NCBI GenBank assembly: GCA_020184695.1
Contig: JAANOX010000259.1
Span: forward strand, 62,001-126,000
DNA: 64,000 nucleotides
Direction: 5' to 3'
Origin: Histomonas meleagridis 2922-C6/04-290x
Lineage: Eukaryota; Protista; Parabasalia
In this document: positions 46,129 to 57,639 of the stretch, one piece after another
How the letters are laid out: every line of letters starts with the position of its first letter
How positions within the stretch are numbered: position 1 is the stretch's first letter
Notes under the pieces: generated by a model
What the model saw: the letters and a program-made list of their open reading frames with translations, nothing else
What the model was told of the DNA's origin: nothing
The model's database searches: none
Position numbers and translations under genes: made by a program

Positions 46129-47750
46129 TATAAACTATTTCCAATAAAAGGAAAGCACGATATACCACAATTATTTAATTTTTCGATTGAGTATAGAGGT
46201 ACTTCACAATTTTTTTCTTCATGAACTAGTCATTTGCTTTCCTTTTTTACGAGAAAATCTGTTTTTACTGTTTATTCAGTTATTCAATAGTGTAAGCAAT
46301 TTGCCATTGTTCTTTAAAATTATGTAGCGATATTTACATTGTCCAGATGTTCGGGTATTTCCAAAAATCTGTGGTACTTTAGACCATTTTTTTCCATTCT
46401 CTAGAACAAATTGGCATAGCAATTTGTCCTCTTCATCTGTCCATTTACGGATTGCTGCTCTTTGCTTGTTTCTCAGATCTAGAACTGCTCTAGCATTAGG
46501 GTCGAATCTTTCAGGATCATTGATGCTTGGATCAAATTTCAAAAAAAGTCGTGCATCATCAATAATTTGAAGCTCATTATCACATTGTAGTATGGGCCCA
46601 TTAAAAGGGAAAGTATTTCTCCTGAATATTCATTTATGCACATTCCTCCATTTAAAATACAATACTTAAGTCTTGAATTAAATTGTCTAGTTAAAGCATT
46701 TACCTGTTCCATTGTAAGTATATTATTCCACCAATGACGGCATAAATATATCATTTCATCGATCTTTTGTGGTTCTGATTGTTTAATTAACCATTCTTTA
46801 AGCATTGCCCATACTACTTCTATTGGATTCAAGTCTGGACTGTTTGCAGGCCAGATACCAAGTAAGTTGATTCGTTTTTTGTAACCATAACATTGTTTCT
46901 TTTGCCACATGATAAGGAGCATTGTCTTGCATAAAATAATAATAATAATATTCATCTTTTCTGTTCAAGATTCCAAGTAGTTGAACATTATGACTATACT
47001 GCTCAGCATCAATTTTCACTGGAGAGACAACAAACTCTGACTTATAATTTATACCAATTGCACCGAAAATCATGATTTTGTTGGCTGTTTTGTTTCATTC
47101 ACATAAATATTTTCATTTGTACTGCCATGTTTTTTCCATAAATATGAATTATCTGGACAAAATTGGATTTTACACTCATCACTAAACACAATTTTTTCAT
47201 GTTTTTCATCGTTTTGTAACATAGAATAAGCAAAAGTAAAACTTCTATCCAAGCATGCTTGAGTCATTTGAGGTCTCCTTTTAAGTGGTTCGAAAAAAAA
47301 ATGTAATTCATGTCTGATTTTTGCAATAGTTGATTTTTTGATTGATTATTCTGGACTGCTTATTTGTTGTGAAACTCGCTTGCAAGTTGACCTTGGTGAT
47401 GAGATGGTTATTTCATCAATTTTTGCTTTATCATTATTATCAATTTTTAGAAGTCTTTATATCTTTTTACATAAAACTTCTCCGCTTAGCTGATATTCTT
47501 TAAGTACTAATGTAATATGTATTTGTGATGTATTTAGACAATGTTCAATATCGCGATATGTAAATCCGAAACTTCTGATTCTTATTATCGCTTAATTTTT
47601 ATTTTCATCAGGCATTACTCCAGGGTATGTTTTTTGAGCAATATTGGCTTTTATTCGATCTTCTAGATAGAGTCCTAACAACGACCAGCTTTCCATCTGA
47701 TTTCTATCGTTCGCTATCGTGCTTTCCATTTTTTGAAACTAGTTTATGTA
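46129..47750 (-). mobile_element. Tc1/IS630-family element (approx. DD34E) with a Myb domain after the transposase, degenerate ~35-bp TIRs
   Basis: ATG at 47615; IVFSDE, FMQDNAPYH, WPANSPDLNPIEVVW in frameshifted pieces; Myb ORF 46276-46542 (KWTDEEDKLL..GKKWSKV..RTSGQCKYRY); TIR core GGAAAGCACGATA 46150-46162 vs TATCGTGCTTTCC 47715-47727. Confidence 0.85.
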
Positions 47751-48270
47751 TAAAAAATCTTAATATGCTTCAAAAATATGATATTAGCACTTTTCGTAAA
47801 CGATTCAAAACTGGATATCTAAAAGTGCTGTACAGAAAACGTTAAGACCTTTTAACGGTCATCTCGAGTAATTCACTTTTAATGTAAACATATCAAAAGT
47901 GGAGTGTCAAAAAGTGCGCTTTTTTTCTACCACTACATTTATTAAAGATATCCTTATGCTGAAATGTACATTCTAAATTAATGATATTATTTTATCATTA
48001 TTCTATCAACAAATATGTGAATTCAAATAATTATAATGTTTTATTTATTATTCATTAATCTTTTATTTTTTTTTCTTTTCCATCCATATGATATTTATAA
48101 AATTTTTAATTAATTGCGTTCACCGAGATTTGAATCTCAAAAAATGTGAAGAAATTCTAAATATCAATAATTTATATGATTCGGTAGGCTTCTCATATGA
48201 GCAAAACCAACCATTCAAAAAAAATTCACATCTATTGTCAGAAACTCACATATATTTTGAAAAAAAATAT

Positions 48271-48342
48271 GGGGCGATTCGGGAATCGAACCCGAGACCT
48301 CTCGCACCCAAAGCGAGAATCATTCCACTAGACCAATCACCC
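48271..48342 (-). tRNA. tRNA-Pro(TGG), copy 2 (identical to copy 1)
   Basis: 72-nt sequence identical to 38085-38156, same strand. Confidence 0.97.
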
Positions 48343-48422
48343 TTTCTGAATATAAAAATTTATCTCAATATATAATAAATATTATACTTTTCAACAAAGA
48401 CAAGGATAACAAAACAAAAATA

Positions 48423-49817
48423 ATGAAAAAAATTGATATTAGAGACTTATTTGAAGTCGAATTTTTGGATGATAAGCCACCAATAAAATCTATTGCTGCA
48501 GATACAATTAAAGAAGATGAAATTAATCAATTATTTGAAATTATTAATTTAACTTCTAATGAACCTACACTCGAGAACTTAAGAAATTTTTCAGATTTTA
48601 TCTCACGGAAAGAAAGAATGAATTCTGAAATCTTTAGCCAATTTCCAATTCATTATCAACTCCTCGATATATTAGTTTCAGACGCACCCAAAGAAGTTAT
48701 AAAAGAAGCTCTTACATGTTTATCATATTTCCCTCGTGCATTTCCTGATTTAACAGAAGAAATTCTCAACTCCAATTATTTTGATTGTATCTTTCGTTTA
48801 ATGGAAACCAAAGACAGTGCATTTACTGTTCCCATATTTGACAATTTTTCTATGCTTATACTTTGTTATGAACCCATACGGTCTGTTTTTTTCCAAAATT
48901 TTTCTGTTACTCAAATATTTTTTTATGAAATTTCTATTCTTGACACAGTAAACAGTGAATCCATAGCCCAATTTTCGGACTACATAACATATTTTACACC
49001 ACTAACTGAAGAAATCGCCGATATTTTATTCCGAATTTTCCAAGTGATAATCGTTCAACGATTTCCAGAACGAATTCATAAAAGCCACGCACAAATATTT
49101 TCACTCCATGGAATTTTAACATGTCTACAATCAGAACAATTCAATGACCGATTTAAAGTACATCTTGTTGAATCGAATAATATCACAAAATTATTAAACA
49201 TATTTTTTTGTGGAAGAGAACTTAAAAGAGAACGAATTTTAGCGATATCAGTTATTGCGGAATTATACAAACTTCATATACCAGATGTCCCAAATTTTAT
49301 ACCACAAATTCTTGAATCACCTTATTTATGTCAATACGCAGGTTCATTTAATCAAATTGCGTCAAGTCTAAATCAAATAATTTCATTTGCTTCCGAAGAA
49401 ATTTTTGATGAACTTTTAGAAAATGATGTCTATAATAAATTGGTACAATTGCAAAAAGATGCTTCTTTTGCTACTAAATCAATGGCACTTGATTGTTTAA
49501 TGGCGTTATTTTATCGAATGACGCCACCGCAATCTTTGGTATTTTGCCAAGAGTCACTTTTCGATATACTATTCAATATGCTTAATTTGGATAATAAGGA
49601 ATTAATTGTTCAAATCATTGAGTTTTTAAATGTAATTTGTGAAAGAGCTGCAAGGGAAAATGATTTAGAAACAGTGAAAATTATTTTAGCGAAAATTAAC
49701 GGAGCTGAAGAATTAAATAGTGTGGCGGCTGAGAACACTGAATTACCCGAAAACACATACGAAATAATTGGACAGTTATTAACACTATGTGAATCAGAAA
49801 ATGTCTATGAAGGATAA
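48423..49817 (+). CDS. ARM/HEAT-repeat protein
   Basis: 464-aa helical-repeat ORF with ATG start. Confidence 0.65.
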   Translation: MKKIDIRDLFEVEFLDDKPPIKSIAADTIKEDEINQLFEIINLTSNEPTLENLRNFSDFISRKERMNSEIFSQFPIHYQLLDILVSDAPKEVIKEALTCLSYFPRAFPDLTEEILNSNYFDCIFRLMETKDSAFTVPIFDNFSMLILCYEPIRSVFFQNFSVTQIFFYEISILDTVNSESIAQFSDYITYFTPLTEEIADILFRIFQVIIVQRFPERIHKSHAQIFSLHGILTCLQSEQFNDRFKVHLVESNNITKLLNIFFCGRELKRERILAISVIAELYKLHIPDVPNFIPQILESPYLCQYAGSFNQIASSLNQIISFASEEIFDELLENDVYNKLVQLQKDASFATKSMALDCLMALFYRMTPPQSLVFCQESLFDILFNMLNLDNKELIVQIIEFLNVICERAARENDLETVKIILAKINGAEELNSVAAENTELPENTYEIIGQLLTLCESENVYEG

Positions 49818-50077
49818 ATACTAATTTATATTATTTATAATAAAATTTAAATATAATTTTTTAAATAATGTGTTTCTGTTCTAATCAATTTGTAAAATTA
49901 TTTTTTGATATTTATTCATGTGTGAAAATTATTTCATATCTGAATAAAATATTTTAAATACGATTAGATCAAAATCATTCTAAATAATATTAACAATTTG
50001 TTTAAACAGATGTAAAAGATTTCAGTTTCAAATTTGTTTGATTAAAAAAAAAGATAATTTCGAAAGAAAGAATAATT

Positions 50078-53000
50078 TTATTTATAATTTTGGTTCCATT
50101 TCAAAACGTCAGCAAAAGCATTTTCCACATTTTCATTTTCGAAAATTTCGATCAATTTTTCCTCTTTCAAATTATTTCTTATCATAAACTTCGTTATTTC
50201 ATAATTATGTTTTGCGTTTTCGTCAATTTTTAATTCTTTTAATAGCATTTTCACCAAAACGAAAGATGTTACAATGTTATTATTATTCTCGAACATTTGT
50301 TTCGATAATAAAATTGGAATCAAATCATTTTTATCCAATTTTTCCAACAAAATTTTACCAATTTTAATCACATCGAATAAGTAATGATCACTTTCGTTAA
50401 TGATATACACAATTTTCTGCAAAATTTCCATCGATGCCACATCGAAATCCAAAGAATTTAATATGTTATACTTAAGTTTATTACCGAAATTCAAAAAATC
50501 CAAAATTATATTATAACTTGAAAACTTACAATTAAACACAACGTTAATCATTTGCATGAAAATTTGAATATTTTCGTTATTATAAAAACGAAAAATATTT
50601 TCTTCGAAAATCGGAAATCTTTTATCATAAAGATTCGGATTTAATTTATCGAAATGAGGTTGAAGTAGCTCATTAAACACAGGCGAAACATTTATTAAAA
50701 TTTTATTTTTATCATTAATATGATTCGAATATTTTGTTGATAATATAATATTTAACTCACGTGAATAAGAAGGAGGATAACATTTTATATTATCGAAAAC
50801 TTTTTTATTTTTTTGATAAATTTTCGGATAATTTTTCTTTTCATCATTATTAAACTTTGTTATATTAATATATGGATATAATGGATGAAAATCGGGAATT
50901 TGGTTTAAAATTTTCATATAATTTTCACGTGTTATATCATATTGATTTAATATATAAAATATGAAATAACTTTCAATGAAATTCTTTTGTAAGAAATTAA
51001 TTAAATTTTCATTAACGTTTAATTCAAAATTATTTATGGTCGGATATGAAATATTTATTGGATATAATGAATTAAATATATTAATATTTAATGGATATTT
51101 AAAATTAATGTTTTCATTAATAGTTAACATATTAAAACATTTCGTTGTTATACTTTTAATATATTCAGGAAACAAAATTTCATTCATTTTATTCCCAAAT
51201 GCATTTAATGTTTCTTCAATATTATCATAATAAGGAACAAATTCATTAAATCGTTTTATATCGATTTTTATTATCATTTCAATTAACAATTTACGAATTC
51301 CTTTTTCAGTTGTTAATGCTTTAATTAAACTAATTTCATTCGGCTCAATACTTAATTCCACAAAACATTTATCAATTAAATTTATTATATTCTTATCTAA
51401 TGTATTATAATCTTGTCGAATATATGAGAAATAAATCGACGTCGTTATTAACGAATAGAAATCATTTCGTTTAATGATTATTCGTTTCGACCATTTTTTG
51501 AGATTAATATTTAAACTCATTCGATTTCCATATGAAAAAAATGATGAAACTAATCGAGTGTTTTGATATTTCGCTAATACATATTCTTCGATTTCTTTCC
51601 ATTTATCATTACATAACAAACGATTAGAAAACCATAAAAAAGTAAAAAGTTCAAATTCAGTTGTTTCATTATTATAAGGATTAAAAGGAATTTTAATTTT
51701 TGAGTTTTCCGTTTTATTTTTAATTTCTTTTTCTTCTTTAAATGTTATTTCATTTTGTGGATTTAATTTTATTTCATTAGATATTATATATTTAAAATTA
51801 TTTTTCGTTTCTAAATCATTTCGAATATTATTAAATGATTTTGGATATAAATTAATAACTTTTCGATGTATTTCATCAAGTTCATTTTGAGTAATATTAA
51901 TATCTTTTAATGTAGAAATAAAATCGAAATCATTTTCATTTATTATCCATTCATTAAAATTAAATTTGTTAATACATAAATCAAAATAATTTTTATCATC
52001 TTTAAGTTCAAGAAATGTTTTATAAGGAGTTTCTAATTTATTTTCATTCATTTCATATAAAACTTTTAATATTTCTCGATCAAAATTCGCAGCAACTTCG
52101 AAATAATTTTTTATGATAAATAAATTGTTTTTCGGTATTATTGAAATTGCTGTTTTACATATTATTAATGAATATTTATATTGGAATGCTAATTTAAAGA
52201 AGTTCAAAATGTTTTCGATAATTAAATTATTATTTTTAATTTTTATTAATTCGATTAATAATTTACAACAAGAATTAGTAAAAACAGAACCGAAATAATT
52301 AATAATTTGTATGATTCCAATTATATTATCTTCATTTAAATTAATTTTTATGATAATTTTTGTTAATAACTTTAAATATGAATTAATAATTTTTCCGAAA
52401 ATCGATTTCTTAAATTCATTATCTACAATTAATAATAATTTCTCTAATTTTAATTTATAATTTTTCCAATCTTTTAATCGTTTAAATGATTTCAAACTTA
52501 TCATTGAATTCGTAATATCGAAACCTAAAATTTTTATTGATTTAAAAATTATTGGTAAAATTTTATTAAAAATTTCTTCGGAATATAATAAAACATCATT
52601 TGATTTAGTTAATAATTTTAATGCAATAGGGAAAGAAGAATAAGAAATTAAATTATAATCCAAAAGTTCAATAATAAATTTTGTACTTAAATTCTTAAAT
52701 ATTTTTATGTAAAAATTCGAGTTCTTAAACCAATCAAGTTTCGAAATTGATATATTAATATTAAACTCATTAATTAACAAAGAAATTTCTTCAAGAATTG
52801 ATTCATGAGGATTATCCTTTATAAAAGATAAAATTATTTTCTCAATTTTTATCGGTAAGTTCTTAATATTATATAATTTATAGTTAATACTTTTTAATAA
52901 TTTTATTATTTGTATTTGTTCGACAAAATAATTCGGTAATGGATTTAATATCAATGATAAAATTTGTTGCGTTTTAATTTCATTCATTAAGTATAAGTTA

Positions 53001-54118
53001 TTAAAACAATTAATTAAACATTTGATTAATGATAAATATTTCGTCGGTTCTTTTTCTATTGCAATTTGCGTTATATATTCGAAAAAATTGTTCGGAATTT
53101 TATTGTTGTTAATAAAAACCGAACATAACTTGATAATTGAGACTTGAATTATCGATGGAAATGTTACGTCAAATATTAAAAATCGTTCTAATTCATTTAA
53201 TTCTATGATATTATAATGATTTAATGTAACTATTAAGTCAATAATTTCGGATTTATGTGAAATAGTTATCGAATTTGTTGTCCAAAGTTTAGTAATTATG
53301 TCAAATAATTCTTTGAATTTGTTTTCTTGGATATTAAATAAATTTGTTTCATTTCGTTTGACATTTAAATTGATGATTTCAATCGAAAGTGAAATTTGAT
53401 TGGAATCAGATGAATTTAATGCCTCAATTAAACGAATATATACAATATCAAAATTAAAAAATTCAGTTTTTGGATATATTGAAAGAAATTGTTTGAGGAA
53501 TTTAAGATTAGATTTCTTGACAACAACCGGAAATAAGACTTTGGAGTCTTTACAACACATTAAAACAACTGCATGTGATAACGGTGAGTCAACTAAAAAT
53601 TCTATGATTGAAATTATGGAATTAATTGATAATTCATCTCGAAATAAAATCCATATATCATCACTAAGACTTTCGTGTAACTCTGGGTGTGAACTAATAA
53701 GCATACAATAGAAGTTTTCAATGTATTCGGACCGTTCATTTGGTGGAATAGTTAATAAACAATTAACAAAAAAATTAAAAAGTATAGAAAGAGAGCTGGT
53801 TTCAAAGTAAGAATCATTGGTTAACTTTTGGTATGTTTCAAATAATGATTTTGGAGAAAAAGCAATTAATAAAGATGATAAATGATTCAGAAATAATTCC
53901 GTTAAGTGTTTTAACTTAAGGTTTTGGTGGCACACTGGTAAAACATGTTTTATTATTGCTTGTAATAAAGAAGGAATGAAATTACTATTATTTAAATCAA
54001 AATTTTTCACTTTTAATAACTTTGTAAGTTGAGCAAAAATGGCTTCAATTTCCGATGTGTTTCCAGTGCTTACTGCGTCTTGAATTGCCTTTTCAAAACC
54101 ATCGCTTTTTATTCCCAT
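50078..54118 (-). CDS. Large hypothetical helical (HEAT-like) protein
   Basis: 1346-aa open frame, I/L/N/K-rich; no family recognised. Confidence 0.7.
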   Translation of the reverse strand: MGIKSDGFEKAIQDAVSTGNTSEIEAIFAQLTKLLKVKNFDLNNSNFIPSLLQAIIKHVLPVCHQNLKLKHLTELFLNHLSSLLIAFSPKSLFETYQKLTNDSYFETSSLSILFNFFVNCLLTIPPNERSEYIENFYCMLISSHPELHESLSDDIWILFRDELSINSIISIIEFLVDSPLSHAVVLMCCKDSKVLFPVVVKKSNLKFLKQFLSIYPKTEFFNFDIVYIRLIEALNSSDSNQISLSIEIINLNVKRNETNLFNIQENKFKELFDIITKLWTTNSITISHKSEIIDLIVTLNHYNIIELNELERFLIFDVTFPSIIQVSIIKLCSVFINNNKIPNNFFEYITQIAIEKEPTKYLSLIKCLINCFNNLYLMNEIKTQQILSLILNPLPNYFVEQIQIIKLLKSINYKLYNIKNLPIKIEKIILSFIKDNPHESILEEISLLINEFNINISISKLDWFKNSNFYIKIFKNLSTKFIIELLDYNLISYSSFPIALKLLTKSNDVLLYSEEIFNKILPIIFKSIKILGFDITNSMISLKSFKRLKDWKNYKLKLEKLLLIVDNEFKKSIFGKIINSYLKLLTKIIIKINLNEDNIIGIIQIINYFGSVFTNSCCKLLIELIKIKNNNLIIENILNFFKLAFQYKYSLIICKTAISIIPKNNLFIIKNYFEVAANFDREILKVLYEMNENKLETPYKTFLELKDDKNYFDLCINKFNFNEWIINENDFDFISTLKDINITQNELDEIHRKVINLYPKSFNNIRNDLETKNNFKYIISNEIKLNPQNEITFKEEKEIKNKTENSKIKIPFNPYNNETTEFELFTFLWFSNRLLCNDKWKEIEEYVLAKYQNTRLVSSFFSYGNRMSLNINLKKWSKRIIIKRNDFYSLITTSIYFSYIRQDYNTLDKNIINLIDKCFVELSIEPNEISLIKALTTEKGIRKLLIEMIIKIDIKRFNEFVPYYDNIEETLNAFGNKMNEILFPEYIKSITTKCFNMLTINENINFKYPLNINIFNSLYPINISYPTINNFELNVNENLINFLQKNFIESYFIFYILNQYDITRENYMKILNQIPDFHPLYPYINITKFNNDEKKNYPKIYQKNKKVFDNIKCYPPSYSRELNIILSTKYSNHINDKNKILINVSPVFNELLQPHFDKLNPNLYDKRFPIFEENIFRFYNNENIQIFMQMINVVFNCKFSSYNIILDFLNFGNKLKYNILNSLDFDVASMEILQKIVYIINESDHYLFDVIKIGKILLEKLDKNDLIPILLSKQMFENNNNIVTSFVLVKMLLKELKIDENAKHNYEITKFMIRNNLKEEKLIEIFENENVENAFADVLKWNQNYK

Positions 54119-54274
54119 TTCCGGTGCAACTTTTTGATTATCTATTCAAAACGCTGGAACCGCCAAATGATTATTTTGTTTATTGAAAATATGGAAATAA
54201 TTGAAAATTTCCTTTCAATTGATTACACAAAATTTCTGTGTGTATATGTCTAAAGAACTTTAAGTTGGAAGCAA

Positions 54275-55483
54275 ATGATTCTTAAACCAGCTGAACAAGT
54301 ATTAATTGCTTACCAACATATATTGGACATTGACATTTCTCAATGCGGCGAGATAGGACGTTCGATTCCTATTCCAACTTTTGATGCAGACTTAATTACA
54401 AAACTTTGTGAACAAGCAAAAGAACAACTCGTAGAAACTCCAATTGTAATGCATGTTCAGGCGCCAATATATGTAATTGGAGATATCCATGGAAACATTT
54501 TTGATTTAATTAGAATTTTGGTCCATGCTCTTCCTCCTCCACGATCAAGACTTTTATTTCTTGGAGATTATGTAGATAGAGGAGAGTATAGTGTTGAAGT
54601 TGTAACTCTTTTATTTGCTCTAATGTGTAAGTATCCAAATTATGTTTATGTCTTACGTGGAAATCACGAGTTCTATTCAATGAATACATCATATGGATTT
54701 TTAGATGAAGTCAAAAATCAGTACAAATCAAAAGCATTATTTGAGGTTTTTAATGATACATTCCAATATCTCCCACTTGTTGCCATTATAAACAATGAAA
54801 TATTCTGTGTTCATGGTGGCATATCACCATCACTTACCAGCCTAAGCCAAATTGAGAAAATTAAGCGTCCATTGTCAGAATATGATGTTGAATATGTCTG
54901 TGATTTTGTCTGGAGCGATCCAAGCTATGACACGCAAGGCTACAACATTTCTAGTCGTGGTCTAGGTGTTCAGTTTGGTGTTAAAGCCCTTACTGATTTT
55001 CTCAATAATCTCAATATGACAAAAATCATCCGAGCCCATCAATGTGTCCAACCAGGTGTCACCAAATTTGGTGGTGATTTACTTCATACTGTTTTTTCTT
55101 GTAGTAATTATGCTGATTCTCTCGGAAATCGATGTGGCTTAATCTTTGTCAAGCCAACCTTGCAACTTCAGCTGTTCTCCCTTCCTCCCCTCGAACAAAT
55201 CCCTCGCTCAGAGGCTAACACCAAAAGATGCCAGCCTGTCGAGGAGCAGGAGATGATGGCAAACAACGCATTGTCGTTGAACGTTAAGCTCTTTGAGCTT
55301 CAATCGAAGAGAAACACGAAGACGAAATTGCATGTTCCAAGGCCTTCTGAACCAGTGAACAAATTATCAAAATCTGATAAAATGTTTAGCGTTCAAAGAA
55401 CAAATACACCTTCGCCCCCACCAAAGACAAAGTTGCCGCCTTTAAATAGATCGAAGTCATGCGAAATGAAAATGAAGGCGTGA
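54275..55483 (+). CDS. Ser/Thr protein phosphatase, PPP family (PP1-like) with C-terminal extension
   Basis: GDIHG, GDYVDRG, RGNHE, HGG, RAHQ and FSCSNY motifs all present. Confidence 0.93.
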   Translation: MILKPAEQVLIAYQHILDIDISQCGEIGRSIPIPTFDADLITKLCEQAKEQLVETPIVMHVQAPIYVIGDIHGNIFDLIRILVHALPPPRSRLLFLGDYVDRGEYSVEVVTLLFALMCKYPNYVYVLRGNHEFYSMNTSYGFLDEVKNQYKSKALFEVFNDTFQYLPLVAIINNEIFCVHGGISPSLTSLSQIEKIKRPLSEYDVEYVCDFVWSDPSYDTQGYNISSRGLGVQFGVKALTDFLNNLNMTKIIRAHQCVQPGVTKFGGDLLHTVFSCSNYADSLGNRCGLIFVKPTLQLQLFSLPPLEQIPRSEANTKRCQPVEEQEMMANNALSLNVKLFELQSKRNTKTKLHVPRPSEPVNKLSKSDKMFSVQRTNTPSPPPKTKLPPLNRSKSCEMKMKA

Positions 55484-55969
55484 ATGATATAGTTTTTGTT
55501 TAAGTATTAATAAAAGTGTTTTTACTTCTGTTTGGATATTGTACAAAAGTGTTCAATGAGATTCGATTTTAATATGCGAAACAATAAAAATATTTATAGT
55601 TATTTAGATTTGTTTGTGCTAAATTAGCAAGAGAAATATTATATAATATTAAATTTACTTAATCTTTTCTTTGTTTCCCACATTATGATTTGAAATTCTC
55701 TGTTTCAAATAAAAAGAATTTAAATGAAATTTATTTATTGTATATTAAATCTGTTAACATTTTAATCAAACTCATGATAAATCATCTAGATGGTAAACAA
55801 AAAAATTTATATTATGCACATTATTATTATTCTTGGAAGCTTTAAAATGAATATTAAAATTTTTTATATGTTTTTGTTAATATGAAATTTTTTAGAATAT
55901 TTCTTAAAAAATATTTTATAAAAACGATTAACCTAATTTTATACTTTTATTTACTAAAAACTTTTTGAT

Positions 55970-57639
55970 TTATATATGAACATTTAAATTGTCTTCTTTG
56001 AAATCCTTTGCAAATGGATCTTCATCAATACTGTTTCCCGAATATTCAATTGAAAAATTATTTGTTTCATTTTCGTTTTCTTCATAATAATTCGGTTCTT
56101 CTTCACTTTTATTCCGATTGTTTCTAATACGAATTATTATTATAACAAGTAATGAAACATTAATAATTACTGCAATCAAAACTCCAACACTAATATAAAT
56201 ATATGTATTATCTTCATTAAATGTTTCGTTATTTTAATAAACAAAATTAAAATGTGAAATATTTTGTATAAATTATAACTGTGTAATCATAATATATAAC
56301 TGACGTTAGAATATATACATACGTTGAATTGATTTTCGTAATAATAAATGAATTTAAATATGAAGCATAAATACTTAATGACTTTGTGTATGATAAAATA
56401 TGTGTAACAAAAAATGAATATGTGAAATTTATGTAAGATGTAAATGGATCAGTAAATATTTTAGATGAGAAATATGTGCTTGAATAACTTTGTGCAAATA
56501 TATTTGATTTAGAATATGTATTTGACTTCGTATATGTATTTGAATTAGAAAATGAATTACTTTGTTAGTGTTGCAGGTATACATTCATCAATTATTTCTT
56601 TGGTTATGTTTAACTCTCCAAATGTTTCATTTTGTTATGATTTATTTACCATAACAAGTGTTGCAAATATATCACTAAAGCATATGCCTTTAACAATTGG
56701 AGAAGTTTCGCCATAAAAATAAATACATTTCAATGAAGTACAACCTGAAAACGCATAATCTCCGATGTATATTTCACATTTTCTCCAATGATAATTGTTT
56801 CTAATTATGTACAATATGAAAAAACCGCCGTTTGAATATCTGTAACAGAGTTTGGAATTATAAAACTTGTAAATGCACAGTTTGAGAATGCCGAATCTTT
56901 TATAATATTTACATTACTTCCAAATGAAATTGATAATAAATCAGTGCATGAAAAATGCATTTGATTCTATTGAAGTTACTGAATCAGCAGTTTTGAATGT
57001 TTCACTGTTATTTCCAATTGGATAAACAATAAGTTTTGTAATTTCTTTATCATATAAAACCCCATCATTTTCATAATTAGAGAGATGCGAATTTTCATTG
57101 GAAACTTTTATGAATTGAAGACTGCTACAGTAAATGAATGGATTTATTGATATTGAAACTGTACTTGAAATTGTAACATATTTAAGCATAACGCAATTTT
57201 GAAACATCAGCGATCCAATTGCTTGAACACCTTCATCAAAAGTTACAGTTTCAAGACCAGTACAACCATTGAATACATTTGACTCAACTGTTGTAAGAGG
57301 ACTTTTAATTGTTAAATTTTTTAGTGAAGTACAATATTGAAATGCATATGATCCAAGATTTGTTATGCCTTCTCCAAATGAAACTTCTTCTAAACTAACA
57401 CAATATTGAAATGCATTAGATTCAATTATAGTGACTGAGTCAGCAATCGAAGCAGTAGTCAATGACATCCATTGAAAAAAAGCTTTCTCTGGAATTTCAG
57501 TTATTCCATTTGAAATGACAAGATACTTTGTATTACTTTGATAATCATTTGTAAATTCACTTGAATCTGTTATAGTTAATGTGAAAGTTTCTTCATTAAA
57601 TGTTTGTATCGCACAAGAAAAAAAGAAAACAAATATCAT
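55970..57639 (-). pseudogene. BspA-like (LRR_5) surface protein, disrupted
   Basis: Hydrophobic N-terminus from ATG 57639, TpLRR repeats (I.E.AF..C.SL..V), S/T-rich stalk, TM and DPFAKDFKED tail; frameshift at ~56945, in-frame TAA at ~56807 and further shifts. Confidence 0.8.

Larger units (their letters stand above)
44911..47932 (-). mobile_element. IS481/IS3-like integrase-type DNA transposon with ~40-bp TIRs and TG..CA ends (host of a nested Tc1)
   Basis: Left TGGTAGAAAAAGGGCACACTTTTTGACACTCCACTTTTTGAT vs right reverse complement TGGTAGAAAAAAAGCGCACTTTTTGACACTCCACTTTTGAT. Frameshifted rve core (~45155-46047): QAWHTD, IMDNGTEF, HPYTPEKNGKIERWW, YN...TPSEAF. Confidence 0.85.

Noticed and set aside
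48088-48375. 95-aa ORF containing [22 protein letters not shown]
   Set aside because: Antisense translation of tRNA-Pro.
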